A stretch of 64,000 nucleotides of DNA from Octopus vulgaris (GCA_951406725.2 OX597837.1:28086001-28150000); one strand, 5' to 3'; shown: positions 38,090 to 51,251, counted from the stretch's first letter. Program-made: numbers and translations. Notes: a model not told the origin generated them from the letters alone.

Positions 38090-38665
38090 CAGTGACCCTC
38101 GTGGCTTCTAATCTTAACTGATTGGAAGTCTTATCTTGTACATGTTTTGTCTTCGTGTAAAAGATGGGCTACAGCAAATATTCTGCTCAATACCACAGAT
38201 TTGCTTATCAGTTGTTTGACCGTAACCAGTTGAGCATGTCCCTTAGTGGCTGACGATATGTGCATCTCTGATCGCGAGCAGAAGTAGTAGGGGAGCATCA
38301 TAGCCACGTGTTGAGAGGAATTCTTTGGGGTGTGAATAATTCACTTCTGGAAACATGGGTGTTTCGTTCAACATCTTTAAACAATCCTTATTCAGGGACC
38401 TTTTGAGCAGGATGGGCTACTCGACCAGAAGAAAATTCTAACTGGGCTCCACCTGCAAGGTCATGCGCTCTTTATTTTGATATGAAATCACAATGTCGCG
38501 CACATATGGTTGTGCTGCATGTACCTGGTGTACCTTTCTCGGAAGGGTAGTTATGATGGGTATACTGAGCTTCGTATATTTTACCCCTGTGTCACTTTGA
38601 TGACGTACACCGCTCTCTCACTCAGTAATAATAATAATCATAATAATTAATAATAATAACAATAA
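38090..38665 (+). mobile_element. Probable retroposon (SINE or LINE 3' UTR) with (AAT)n tail
   Basis: Complex ~540-bp block ending ctctctcactcagtaataataataat; single copy in the window, so the family call is inference. Confidence 0.4.
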
Positions 38666-38850
38666 ATGCACATACATCTCACGAGTGAAAGTAAAAGCGA
38701 AAGTAGTACTCAACCCATTAAGAGTTTAACCTTATACTATATCACTTAAAGTTTCGTGGACATATAGGATATGTCTTCGTCATTCGAACATCTGATGAGG
38801 TAGATGCGTCATTCGTTCACAGAAATTTAATGTGGAGTAGTAAGACGTGT

Positions 38851-38903
<53 letters not shown>

Positions 38904-39467
38904 CATGTGACGCTAATGACAAAATTAGAAGCAAACAGCTTCGAAACGACTTCGGAAGGACCAGGAAGTATAGAGTTCGGCGGAGATTTGAAAGAAAACG
39001 TGAAGAGGATTTGCTATAAAAACAAGCTGAAGGAAAAATTCCAAATATGACGATGACGTTAATCGCCGTCATCATCACCATCGTTGTCGTCATCGTCATC
39101 CGCCTCGTTCTCATCCTCTTCCATTACCGTTATGATGGCGACCTCCGCCCACGGAAATTTAATGCCACCACCATCCTCGCCACCACCACCGCCATCATTG
39201 TTGTAGTTATTCTCCTCCTCATCTTTAGCGTCATTTTTATCACTGTCATCGCTGTCATCATCAACATCACCGTCGTCATCCTCTTCGTTCTTCTCGTCAT
39301 CCTCTTCATCTTTCCACTACATGGAAGCTGACATTCTCATGATTGATACATCTGCCAACTGACCCTTGCTCCTGACACAGGGATGGATTTTTGCCAGCTG
39401 GAAGTTGATGGATATTCAATACGACCACAACGTCCATGGTGATATCGCTTCATTCCACACACACACA

Positions 39468-39513
<46 letters not shown>

Positions 39514-39974
39514 TATATAGGAAATGTTCACGTACACAAACACAAGCAATTAATAGTTTAGATTTATGATGTCCCCTTCCGTCCCCCACTCCTTTACAAG
39601 GTACCGACACCATTTTCTTCCCTCCCCCCCGACATTGTGATTCACTTTAATAAATATCAACGAAATGGCAACCATGGCAGACTATAGGATATGCGACTGA
39701 TAAATCAAAACAAAATGGTGTTTGCGTTTTCAGGTCACATGACATGTTTTTCCATTTGGTCACGTGAGGCAATATGCCGACTGCTCAACATATCCGTTTC
39801 TTTCTCTCTCTCCCCCCTCTCTCTCTCTCTCTCATCATTTCCACATATTTGGCTACATTTCTGGATAAATAATCTGGATAAATAGTAAATAGTGGATGGA
39901 TGGAACGATGGACAGACAGATGTTGGTTGGATAGAACGATGGATGGATGGAACGATAGATAGGTAGACGGATAA

Positions 39975-40402
39975 AGCGGCGAGCTGGCAGAAACGTTAGC
40001 ACGCCGGGCGAAATGCTTAGCGGTATTTCATCTGCTGTTACGTTCTGGGTTCAAATTCCACCGAGGTCGACTTTGCCTTTCATCCTTTCGGGGTCGATAA
40101 ATTAAGTACCAGTTACGCACTGGGGTCGATGTAATCGACTTAATATCCTTGTCTGTCCTCTCTGTGTTTAGCCCCTTGTGGGTAATAAAGAAATAGGTAT
40201 TTCGTCTGCTGTTACGTTCTGAGTTCAAATTCCGCCGAGGTCGACTTTGCCTTTCATCTCATCGGGGTCGATAAATTAAGTACCAGTTACGCACTGGGGT
40301 CGATATATATTTCTTTATTTTTTTTATATATCGACTTAATCCGTTTGTCTGACTTTGTTTGTCCTCTCTGTGTTTAGCCCCTTGTGGGTAGTAAAGAAAT
40401 AG
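39975..40402 (+). mobile_element. SINE family B dimer with 15-bp TSD
   Basis: TSD taggtagacggataa on both sides. Confidence 0.88.
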
Positions 40403-41551
40403 TTAGGTAGACGGATAACAAGTAAGATGGATGGATGGATGGATGGATGGATAAATAGATAGATGGAGAGATATACAATTTTCGCTAAAATCATCATCAG
40501 ATTTGATATCCATTCTCAACCTTATGCTCCATTCACTCTTAACGCCCCCCCACCCCCCGCAACCATCATCATCACCACTATCAACAACACAATTAACCAT
40601 TAACAGTAGCGCCATCACGCACCATCATCCCCGTAAGCACCACGTGACAACGTTGTTGATGCTCAGCATCCTCCTCCTCTTCATCATCATCATCATCATC
40701 ATCATCAACAACAACGAGAACCTCTACAGCGAACGACAGGCTGTTGTTCAGTCAAACGTGTCGAGTGAAGTATAGGGAGAGAAGGATGCAGAGAGAGAGA
40801 GAGAGAGAGAAAGGGAGGGGAATAAGCTTAATGGCGAAATAAATGAAGCGTGGTATTGATTGATCTACAGTGACTCCACCACCACCATCACCACCACAAC
40901 CGATTGCTTCTTTGCCTCCTCATCCTATTACCCATCTCAGTATATACATTTCTGCCTCTCTGCAATGCACCATCAATTTACAAGATATGCCACCCTCAGT
41001 GATATCCAGCAGTGAAGTCATTAGAACACTTCTGGCCTCGGTGAAAGAATTCTTCTCGAATCAGCTGAAGAGGAGGCCATCAAAATTCAGAGAAAATCTC
41101 ACGCTTCGACGAGTTTGTTTTTCTGTAATTGCTTCGAGGACTCGATGTTAAATCTGAGCTAGATCTTTGTTGACGATACTGTGGTTGTTGTTGTTTTGCT
41201 TGTTTCAGTCATTAGAATGCGGCCATGCTGGGGCGTCGCCTTGAATTTTATTTTTTCTAGTCGCATGAATCGATCCCAGTACTTGCTATTTTTAAAGCCT
41301 GGTATGTACTCTATCGGTCCCTTTTGCCGAACCGCTACCTCACGGGGACGTAAACACACCAACACTGGTTGTCAAGCGTTGGTGGGGGAACAAACAAACA
41401 CAAGCACAAAGACACACAGACACATACACGAGCGGCTTCTTTCCGTTTCCGTCTGCCAAATCCAATCACAATGCTGTGGTCAACACGAGGCTATAGTGGA
41501 AGACAATTGCCCAAAATGTCCCGGAAACAATGTCATTAGGAAGCAAGCTTC

Positions 41552-41850
41552 TTCATCATCATCATTGTTCGACCGTGGTCGAGACAATGGAATTTACCAT
41601 GCTACGCCAGACTTCACGGTCCATCATGGCATTACGGAGGTCCTGTTGCTGGATGCCTGTATCCCTGGAGATTACATCAAGGTAGGAGAGTGTGCGCTCT
41701 CTGGTATTGCGAGTAGATGGCTTCCAGAGGAGAAGAGTAGAAATTGCCTCGTTTTCAGCTCTACAACAATGTCCAGCAAACTGGACTCTCCAGCCTTTCA
41801 CAAGAGATGACACAGGTGGTAGTTTCCCATATATTTGCATTTTGGTTGAA
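41552..41850 (-). mobile_element. 3' end of an RTE/RTEX-like LINE with (TGA)n tail, adjoining a family A SINE
   Basis: ...RVQFAGHCCRAENEAISTLLLWKP...TLSYLDVISRDTG...LRNAMMDREVWRSMV...* followed by tgatgatga. Confidence 0.75.
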
Positions 41851-42088
41851 TGGCGCTTCTATGAGAGATTTTGAGCTCTCATAAGGAGGCGAGTGCAGGT
41901 TCCATCCAACCGCCTCTCAAGCTTCTTTGATAACGTCCATTCTTACCATTCAGCCACACCGGCGCCAATGAAATTCCAACGTCTCTGGCTGGTTTCGAAA
42001 CCCCATCCTTTTGGCTATCCGAAAAATATATTAAAATAACATTGAAAGACTCCTGTCATTTGAATATTGAGAATTGCATTGCCTAACA

Positions 42089-42567
42089 CAAGGGTTTCAC
42101 AACCATTTTTCATCTCTGGACCCCTTTGATTATCATTTTATTCTGGTGGAACCTCTCCTTAGTCATTCGATATTTAAAAACTAGTTTTATAGAAATTTCT
42201 TTCAAAATTCCTATTTTGACTTTTCACTCATTAACTTGTCAAAAATTAGGTTTAAAAAATATGGGAGTTTCCTACACATCGATAGTATTATAGTCCCTTA
42301 CAAAACCCTTTTTCCAAATTTTAAGCCCTCAAAATTAGGGAGTTCAACAAAACCTTTTTTCCAAAATTTAAGCCCTCAAAATTAGGGGCTTTATATACGA
42401 GGGTTCCTTATACTCATTAAAATACGGTACATCTAAATCAATTTTTTTAGGAGCACTTAAAATACTATTGTGGATTCCCAATTACTATTTTGTTGCAGGA
42501 CACCCCTCCCACCGCAATTCTTATATGGCTCTTTAGGGGCCATATGGATCCAGGTTGAAAACACCTG
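42089..42567. mobile_element. hAT (Charlie-like) MITE
   Basis: TIRs caagggtttcacaacc ... ggttgaaaacacctg; 8-bp TSD gcctaaca / gtttaaca. Confidence 0.65.
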
Positions 42568-42707
42568 GTTTAACACAATCTTTAAGGAATGAATTTTGGG
42601 AATTTTTACTGCTATTTTCGACATAAATATACACACCTAGAAAATCACCAGTGATATAGATCGTGTATGTGTGTGCGTGCATGCGTGCACCATCTGGGGC
42701 GGGCCTT

Positions 42708-43113
42708 GGATCTTTTCGGTTTGAACGGCAGTTTTTTCTAGCGGTGTCATATGAAATTGTCACCCATAATTATGACCCTAGTATCGATCTATTGCATTTC
42801 AATCTCTTTTAGGGTTAGGGAGAAGGGTAACTTTTTTCTTCACAAATGTAAATAAACCCAATCTGTTTCTCAAACGAGGGACATATTCATACGGCACAGA
42901 ATGTTTTTTAACTCAATAGACGTCATTGATTGGTTGAAATTGCAGAAATTGAAGAAAAAAACAACAAATATCTTACAAACTATGGAATTTTCTCAATAAA
43001 GCCAAGAGAAAAAGATGTATTATAAACACATTCTACCAGTATACGAAGTTTAAAAGTGTTTAGTTACGTGGAAATTATTTTAAAAAAAACTGCCGTTCAA
43101 ACCGAAAGGATCC
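42708..43113. mobile_element. MITE with ~30-bp TIRs and 8-bp TSD
   Basis: ggatcttttcggtttgaacggcagtttttt ... aaaaaactgccgttcaaaccgaaaggatcc; TSD cgggcctt / cggccctt. Confidence 0.85.
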
Positions 43114-43794
43114 CGGCCCTTAACTGTAACACCCCGTGCCCCGGCTTTACAGACTTATACAGTAAACCCAATTGCGCCACCCACATAAAGCGTTGTTCGA
43201 AGCGACCTCGCCCCCTGCACCTTCCACCGCAGCCTAGCCACGCTGCTACTGATACATACGTACTTAGAACAAGAGACAAGTTGACAGTCTGGTCGATAAC
43301 TGTCGTTTTTATTATACGGACATTAATCTAATTGGTAGTATATGAATACGAAGGAGACAATCAGAGAATGAAAATGAATATTATAAAACGTACGAGGAAG
43401 GAAAGAAGAGAGGGGAATATAAACGTCAGCCAATGACTATAAAACTGTCAAAACATGTCAGCCTAAAGAGTAATGATTAAAGATAATGTTGCGAAATATA
43501 AACAACTCCGTACTTCGTCTGCTTCAAGACGATGTCATGACCTTTTGCGTTTACCTAAATCTGTCAGAACAATGGCTTTACATATTTCGTAAACAAGTTT
43601 GATGGATTGGAGAGAATGACGTAGTAGCTTTTGTTGCCGTAGTAACATAGTCCTTCCTAAATCAGCAAGCAGTTTTATAACGCGTTGTTAGTTGGCCGAA
43701 TGATGAGACCTGGTCCCTACAGATCCCGTCTACCCCATGTCTTGGTCTTAACTGAAGACGAATCGTGTGTGTAAGAGGGACACTGTCAAGCAAT

Positions 43795-44505
43795 ATCTAT
43801 TTCTTTATTGCCCACAAGTGGTTAAATATAGAGGGGACAGATAAACGGATTTTGTCGATTACATCGACCCCAGTGCGTAACTGGTACTTATTTAATCGAC
43901 CCCGAAAGGATGAAAGGCAAAGTCGACCTCGGCAGAATTTGAACTCAGAACGTAGCAGCAGATGAAATACCTATTTCTTTACTACCCACAAGGGGCTAAA
44001 CACAGAGAGGGCAAACAAGGACAGACAAACGGATTAAGTCGATTATATCGACCCCTTTCGGAGTCGATTAAATAAGTACTAGTTACGCACTGGGGTCGAT
44101 GTAATCGACTTAATCCGTTTGTCTGTCAATGTTTGCCTTCTCTGTGGTTGGCCCCTTGTGGGTAGTAAAGAAATAGGTATTTCCTCTGCCGTTACGTTCT
44201 GAGTTCAAATTCCGCCGAGGTCGACTTTGCCTTTCATCCTTTCGGAGTCGATTAAATAAGTACCAGTTACGCACTGGGGCCGATATAATCGACTTAATCC
44301 GTTTGTCTGTCATTGCTTGCCCTCTCTGTATTTGGCCCCTTGTGGGTAGTAAAGAAATAGGTATTTCGTCTGCCGTTACGTTCTGAGTTCAAATTCCGCC
44401 GAGGTCGACTTTGTCTTTCATCCTTTCGGAGTCGATTAAATAAGTACCAGTTACGCACTGGGGTCGATATAATCGGCTTAATCCGTTTGTCTGTCCTTGT
44501 TTGTC
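43795..44505. mobile_element. SINE family B fold-back array (minus-strand units joined to plus-strand units at ~44055)
   Basis: Junction gattatatcgacccc|tttcggagtcgattaa. Confidence 0.8.
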
Positions 44506-45003
44506 GAATGACTGAAACAAGCAAAAGAATAAAGGAATAAATGAGAAGAGGAGAGAGAGAGAGGGAGAGAGATGTATTGGTATATTTGATTGGTAAACCT
44601 GTCAATCCATCGGTTTCTATTTAAATCCTTCTTTAAGGCTAAAGTAGGCCATTGTCATTCCTCTGTTCCATTTCCGTCTCATTGTTATTCCTCATCGTTT
44701 ATTCACTTTCATCCTCTGTCATTATATCAGTCCAGAGAACGACAAATACTTTTGTTATTCCTGATCGTTTATTCAATTCAATTCCATTACATTGTTAATC
44801 CGGCAGCACACAATGTTACATATTTTCGCAGCTGCATCCTCTCTAGCTTGGAAGACTTCAAAGGTAGGCTTCAATGCACATCAGCATCTATGTGAGTGTG
44901 TGTTTATGCGCCTGTACCTCTGTGTGTGCACGCTTCTGCCCTAACCGCTCTATGTGTGCCGGTGTGTTTGTATGTACTCCATTTTGACTGTGACATTTGG
45001 CAG

Positions 45004-45034
<31 letters not shown>

Positions 45035-45265
45035 ATATATGTGTGTGTGTGTATATATGTGTGTGTGTATATATGTGTGTGTGTATATATGTGTGTGTGT
45101 GTGTGTATGTGTATGTGTGTGTGTATATATATGTATATGTGTGTGTATATATATATGTGTGAGTGTGTGTATATGTGTGTGTATATATATATGTGTGAGT
45201 GTGTATATATAACTGAGTATATATATGTGTATATATATATATGTGTGTATAAACATGTGTATATG

Positions 45266-45302
<37 letters not shown>

Positions 45303-45388
45303 TTCTAATATAGGATAACATTTTTTTCCCCAAAAAATTTCATCAAAGTGGCAGCATATTAAAATACCTTTAAGGGTGAAAATTATAA

Positions 45389-45528
45389 ACAATTTATAAA
45401 CAAGGGCAAAAGAAAAAAGATTTCTATGCCAATATGCTGAGAATAGACTTAAATTGTCAATCATCACAAATCTATTCTCAGCATATTGCATAGAAATCTT
45501 TTTTCTTTTGCCCTTGTTTATAAATTGT
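45389..45528. repeat. Near-perfect inverted repeat, 59/58-nt arms, 23-nt loop (copy at 57112-57251)
   Basis: acaatttataaacaagggcaaaagaaaaaagatttctatgc(c)aatatgctgagaataga pairs with tctattctcagcatattgcatagaaatcttttttcttttgcccttgtttataaattgt. Confidence 0.92.
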
Positions 45529-45742
45529 ATGACTGTGGGTGTGGGTGTGTGGGTGTGTGTATATATATGTGTGTGTGCGTATATGTATGTGTGTGTATAT
45601 ATATATATGTATGTGTGTATATGTATGTGTGTATATATATATTGTGTGTGTATATGTATGTGTGTATATATGTATGTGTATATATATGTGTGTGTGTGTG
45701 TGTATATATATGTGTGTATGTGTGTGTGTGTATATATATATA

Positions 45743-45783
<41 letters not shown>

Positions 45784-45914
45784 GAGTAAATGTGTGTATA
45801 TGTATGTGTGTGTATATGTATGTGTGTGTATATATATGTATGTGTATATATATATATATGTATGTGTGTGTATATATATATATGTATGTGTGTATATATG
45901 TATGTGTATATATA

Positions 45915-45949
<35 letters not shown>

Positions 45950-45992
45950 GTGTATGTGCGTGTATATATATGTGTGTATATATATATATATA

Positions 45993-46034
<42 letters not shown>

Positions 46035-46323
46035 GAGTAAATGTGTGCAATTTTCGTAGTTCCTATGTAGAGACACAACCAAAACTATGCATTATAAAGA
46101 ACGAAACAGAGAGAATGAGAAACCGATAAACTAAGCGCACAACTATAAAACGTAGATACATCGGTGTAGTCCATGCGTTGATAATACACATAGAAATCTT
46201 TTACATGAAAACACTTTATATGTTCTTTTATAGACAACAGGGAATCGCTGTACACTACGTAACGAATGATTATTTAAAGATGTTTTATGTACGAGTATTG
46301 TATGCATGGGCGAATGAATAGCA

Positions 46324-46411
46324 ATGCTGAATTGGGAACAACGTCGTATTAGAATTTGCTCCCATTCAGCGGGACTTTGGGCAGGTTTATTCTATTTTGG
46401 ACTAATATCTG
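46324..46411 (+). CDS. Candidate first coding exon encoding a signal-peptide-like N-terminus (product unknown)
   Basis: MLNWEQRRIRICSHSAGLWAGLFYFGLIS+G|GTGAGT (phase 1); upstream acceptor tgttcttttatag at 46233; unique sequence; no homology recognised. Confidence 0.33.
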
Positions 46412-46762
46412 GTGAGTGGAATTTTATAGATATTACTGTACAGGGCCCTTCGTGTATGTGTATACACACTTATACACACAGAACCAATATTTTTATAATC
46501 AGCTCAGTGTGATATCACAGATATTGCCTATATATACTCCTTGTTCTTTACTCTTTTACTTGTTTCTGTCATTTGACTGCGGCCATGCTGGAGCACCGCC
46601 TTTTAGTCGGGCAAATCGACCCCAGGACTTATTCTTTAAAAGCCTAGTACTTATTCTATCGGTCTCTTTTGCCGAACCGCTTTTGCCGAACGTAAACACA
46701 CCAGCATCGGTTCTCAAGCGATGTTGGGGAGGGGGGAGGAGGAGACAAACACAGACGCACAA

Positions 46763-46801
<39 letters not shown>

Positions 46802-46925
46802 AAATATAATATAAATAATATATAAATATATGCATATATACATACATATATGTATTTACCTACATCTGTATGTATATATACATGCATATATGGGTACATT
46901 GAACACAATGAGAAACGAAAAAACA

Positions 46926-46965
<40 letters not shown>

Positions 46966-47061
46966 GCACATATATACACGCGTACACATATATACAGACA
47001 CATATACACAAATTGCGCGCGCGAGCACACACCCGTATCTTATATATATATATATATATAT

Positions 47062-47650
47062 ACGTAGGAGTGGCTGTGTGGTAAGTAGCTTGCTAACCAA
47101 CCACATGGTCCCGGGTTCAGTCCCATTGCGTGGCATCTTGGGCAAGTGTCTTCTGCTATAGCCCCGGGCCGACCAATGCCTTGTGAGTGGATTTGGTAGA
47201 CGGAAACTGAAAGAAGCCTGTCGTATATATATATATATGTATGTGTGTGTTTGTGTGTCTGCTGTGTTTGTCCCCCTAGCATTGCTCGACAACCGATGCT
47301 GGTGTGTTTACGTCCCCGTCACCTAGCGGTTCGGCAAAAGAGTCCGATAGAATAAGTACTGGGCTTACAAAGAATAAGTCCCGGGGTCGAATTGCTCGAC
47401 TAAAGGCGGTGCTCCAGCATGGCCGCAGTCAAATGACTGAAACAAGTAAAAGAGTAAAAGAGTAAAGAGAGTATATATATATATATACATACGACGGGCT
47501 TCTTTCAGTTTCCGTCTACCAAATCCACTCACAAGGCTTTGGTCGGCCCGAGGCTGTAGTAGAAGACACTTGCCCAAGGACTCACGCAGTGGGACTGAAC
47601 CCGGAACCATGTGGTTGGTAAGCAAGCTACTTACCACACAGCCACTCCTA
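47062..47650. mobile_element. SINE family A full copy (+) followed by an inverted head (-)
   Basis: 47062-47470 plus strand; 47492-47650 reverse complement of the head. Confidence 0.85.
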
Positions 47651-47947
47651 TGTTAAAGAAACATCAAATTATCAAAAATAAATAAATAAATAAATAGATA
47701 AATAAATTTTGTTTTGCAAATGTTTGTGTGCACGCGCGCGCGCGCATCTATGTGCGTATAAGGCGTTGGTTATTTCCATATTGAACCACAACGGACATCT
47801 GTCTCGGTGCCAATAACGGGATGTTTTGGTGCTTTGAGATCGGCCAAATATAGAATTCCAATGGCCATAGATTGCAAGTGTCGTAGAACACATGCAAACC
47901 GCGTCAACTGTGTATATGTGTGTGTGTATATGTGTGTGTGTGTAGTG

Positions 47948-47980
<33 letters not shown>

Positions 47981-48388
47981 GAGTGCGCGCACATTTGTGT
48001 ATACATGTGTGTGTGTGTACGTGTGTGTGTGCGCGCATGGTTGTGTATACGTGTTTGTGTGCGTGCGCGCGTACGTTTGTGTATACGTGTGTGTGTGTGT
48101 GTGTGTGAGCGCGTTTGTGTATGTGTGTATGTGCGTGCGCGCGCGTTTGTGTATACGTGTGTGCGTATGCGCGCGTTGGTGTATACGTGTGTGTGTGTGT
48201 GTGCACGCGTTTGTGTATGTATGTGTATATATGTGTGCGCGTGTGTATATATGTGCGTGTGAGTGTACATGTGTAAGTATGTGTATATAGTGCATATATG
48301 TGCATGTATATATGTGCGTATGTGTGTATATAACATATATAATATATATATATGTGCATGTATATATGTGCGTATGTGTGTATATAAC

Positions 48389-48421
<33 letters not shown>

Positions 48422-48998
48422 GTGCGCGTGTATATATGTGTGCATGTATGCATGTATACATGTATCTATCTATATATATATATATATATATGTGCATGTG
48501 TGTGTATTTATATTTGCGTATGTATATGCGTGTGTATACATATATAAAACAAATCCACCTTCGTACACAGAGACCACCTCATACGCAAACGCGATTACGT
48601 CGTAGTTCTCCCCATCCGACCCCCAACCCCGTCCCACTCCGAATTAAACGCATGCGTATACGTATATTCCAGAAAGCCAAGATTTATGTGAATGTCGCTG
48701 ATAATTGAGATCCGGAAACTCAGACAAGCTGATGGGAATAAAATCGATACAAAAATATACACCCGGCGATCAAATAACGCTCGTTTTAATTTGCACACGC
48801 TCAAACGTATCGTTATGGAATTATGTAGCAATTGTAAACATGTTGGCGCAGGAGTGGCTGTGTGGTAAGTAGCTTGCTTACCAACCACATGGTTCCGGGT
48901 TCAGTCCCACTGCGTGGCACCTTGGACAAGTGTTTTCTACTATGGCCTCGGGCCGACCAAAAGCCTTGAGTGGATTTGGAAACTGGATGAAGTCCATC

Positions 48999-49045
<47 letters not shown>

Positions 49046-50865
49046 TAAGGGTAGAAATTGATATTTATCAATTAAGACCAGTGGTCTAGCATATTAAAAA
49101 AAAGAATCCGTAGATGGTAACTTAATTTATCGACCCCGAAAGGATGAAAGGTAAAGTCAACCTCGGCGGAATTTGAACTCAGAACGCAATGCCAGATGAA
49201 ACACGGCTACGCATTTCGCCCGGCGTGCTAACGTTCCTGCCATATATTAGAGTGTTCAGAAACCACTATATGGATACCCATATGCTAGAAATATATCCGC
49301 AAATTGAGATAGGGGCTGTAAATGCAACCCTCCATGGGATAACATATATCCAATTATGTACACTGATTTGTTCTGCTTTTTATATTTAACCCTACAGTCT
49401 CTTATGTGGTGGTTTAATAAAGTATGTGATTGAGTATTATCTGGTAATTGATATTTGATTTAGATGTATTTCTCCGTTTTCTTATCTTGTATATATATAT
49501 ATATATATATTAGAGGGAAACCACTATGTGGACACCCATATGCTAGAAATAAATCCGCTACGGTCTCACCACTAAGAAATGTTCTCAAGAAAAATTTAGC
49601 AAAACAACCAAAACGTAATTGAGTGGGTGTCCACATAGTGGATTCTCTCTAATACAATTTTACTGAACCTTCAGTTTTTTTTATGCTAGACCACTGGTGT
49701 GAAATCGATGTTAATTAAATTAATATCTAATTTCTCACCATCATTTTAAATTTATATATATATATATATGTTTGTGTGTCTGTGTTTTCCCCCCGACATT
49801 GCTTCACAACCGATGCTGGTGTGTTTACGTCCCCGTAACTTAGCGGTTCAGCAAAAGAGACCGATAGAATAAGTACTAAGCTAACAAAAAATAAGTCCTG
49901 GGGTCGATTTGCTCGACTGAAGGCGGTGCTCCAGCATGGCCGCAGTCAAATGACTTATTCTATCGGTCTCTTTTGCCGAACCGCTAAATTATGGGGACGT
50001 ATACACACTACCATCGGTTGTCAAGCGATGTTGGGGGGACAAAATACAGACACACAAACATGTATATATACATATATACGACGGGCTTCTTTCAGTTTCC
50101 GTCTACCAAATCCACTCACAAGGCTTTGGTCAGCCCGAGGCTATAGTGGAAGACACTTGCTCAAGGTGCCACGCAGTGGGACTGAACCTGGAACCATGTG
50201 GTTGGTAAGCATACTACTTACCACACAGCCACTCTGTCTGTGTTTGTCACCCCCAAACATCGCTTGACAACCGATGCTGGTGTGTATACGTCCCCATAAT
50301 TTAGCGGTTCGGCAAAATAGACCGATAGAATAAGTACTAGGCTTACAAAGAATAAGTCCTGCGGTCGATTTGCTCGACTAAAGGCGGTGCTCCAGCATGG
50401 CCGCAGTCAAATGACTGAAACAAGTAAAAGAGTAAAAGAGAGGAACACAAAACTTTGGACATTGAACTCCAACACATTCATTAAGTTTCTGCTGATAACT
50501 TGACCGTTTCCTTCTCTTACATTGGTCTCTGAACAGCTGGAATGCTGTGCGACCCACATAATCTGACCACCACGGCGTAAACGCTAAAACTCTGTCGTCA
50601 TTCCAACACTACAATCGAAAAGAATGAACAACGGATACGTATTCCACACACTCACACACATTTGGTGTCAGTATTCGTTTCTCAATCTACACACATGACT
50701 TCAGCATTGCTTCAAAGATTAATACATATGTAATCCTATTGTTTTCAATATTGTACGCTTTCTCCTTTTACATAATATTACTTTTGTATTAGAAGGTATC
50801 GTGACTTGGTTCACGTTTTATGATTACATATCTACCTGTCTGCCGTTCTATATACGTGTCTTCGT

Positions 50866-51251
50866 GGAGGCGCAATGGCCCAGTGGTTAGGGCAGCGGAC
50901 TCGCGGTCATAGGATCGCGGTTTCGATTCCCAGACCAGGCGTTGTAAGTGTTTATTGAGCGAAAACACCTAAAGCTCCACGAGGCTCCGGCAGGGGATGG
51001 TGGTGATCCCTGCTGTACTCTTTCACCACAACTTTCTCTCACTCTTACTTCCTGTTTCTGATGTATCTGTATTTCAAAAGGGCCGGCCTTGTCACTCTCT
51101 GTGTCACGCTGAATATCCCCGAAGAACTACGTTAAGGGCACACGTGTCTGTGGAGTGCTCAGCCACTTACACGTTAATTTCACGAGCAGGCTGTTCCGTT
51201 GATCGGATCAACCGGAACCCTCATCGTCGTTACCGACGGAGTGCTTCCACC
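50866..51251 (+). mobile_element. SINE family C (duplicate at 62346-62731)
   Basis: TSD atacgtgtct(t/g)cgt. Confidence 0.88.

Noticed and set aside
38795-38826. ctgatgag...gaaa hammerhead candidate
   Set aside because: No stem II pairing or cleavage triplet in register
42808-42820. Interstitial telomere (TTAGGG)2
   Set aside because: Only two units, internal to a MITE
50450-50600. Possible Tc1 catalytic-domain fragment (GGQIMWVA...) on the minus strand
   Set aside because: Similarity too weak to support without a profile search
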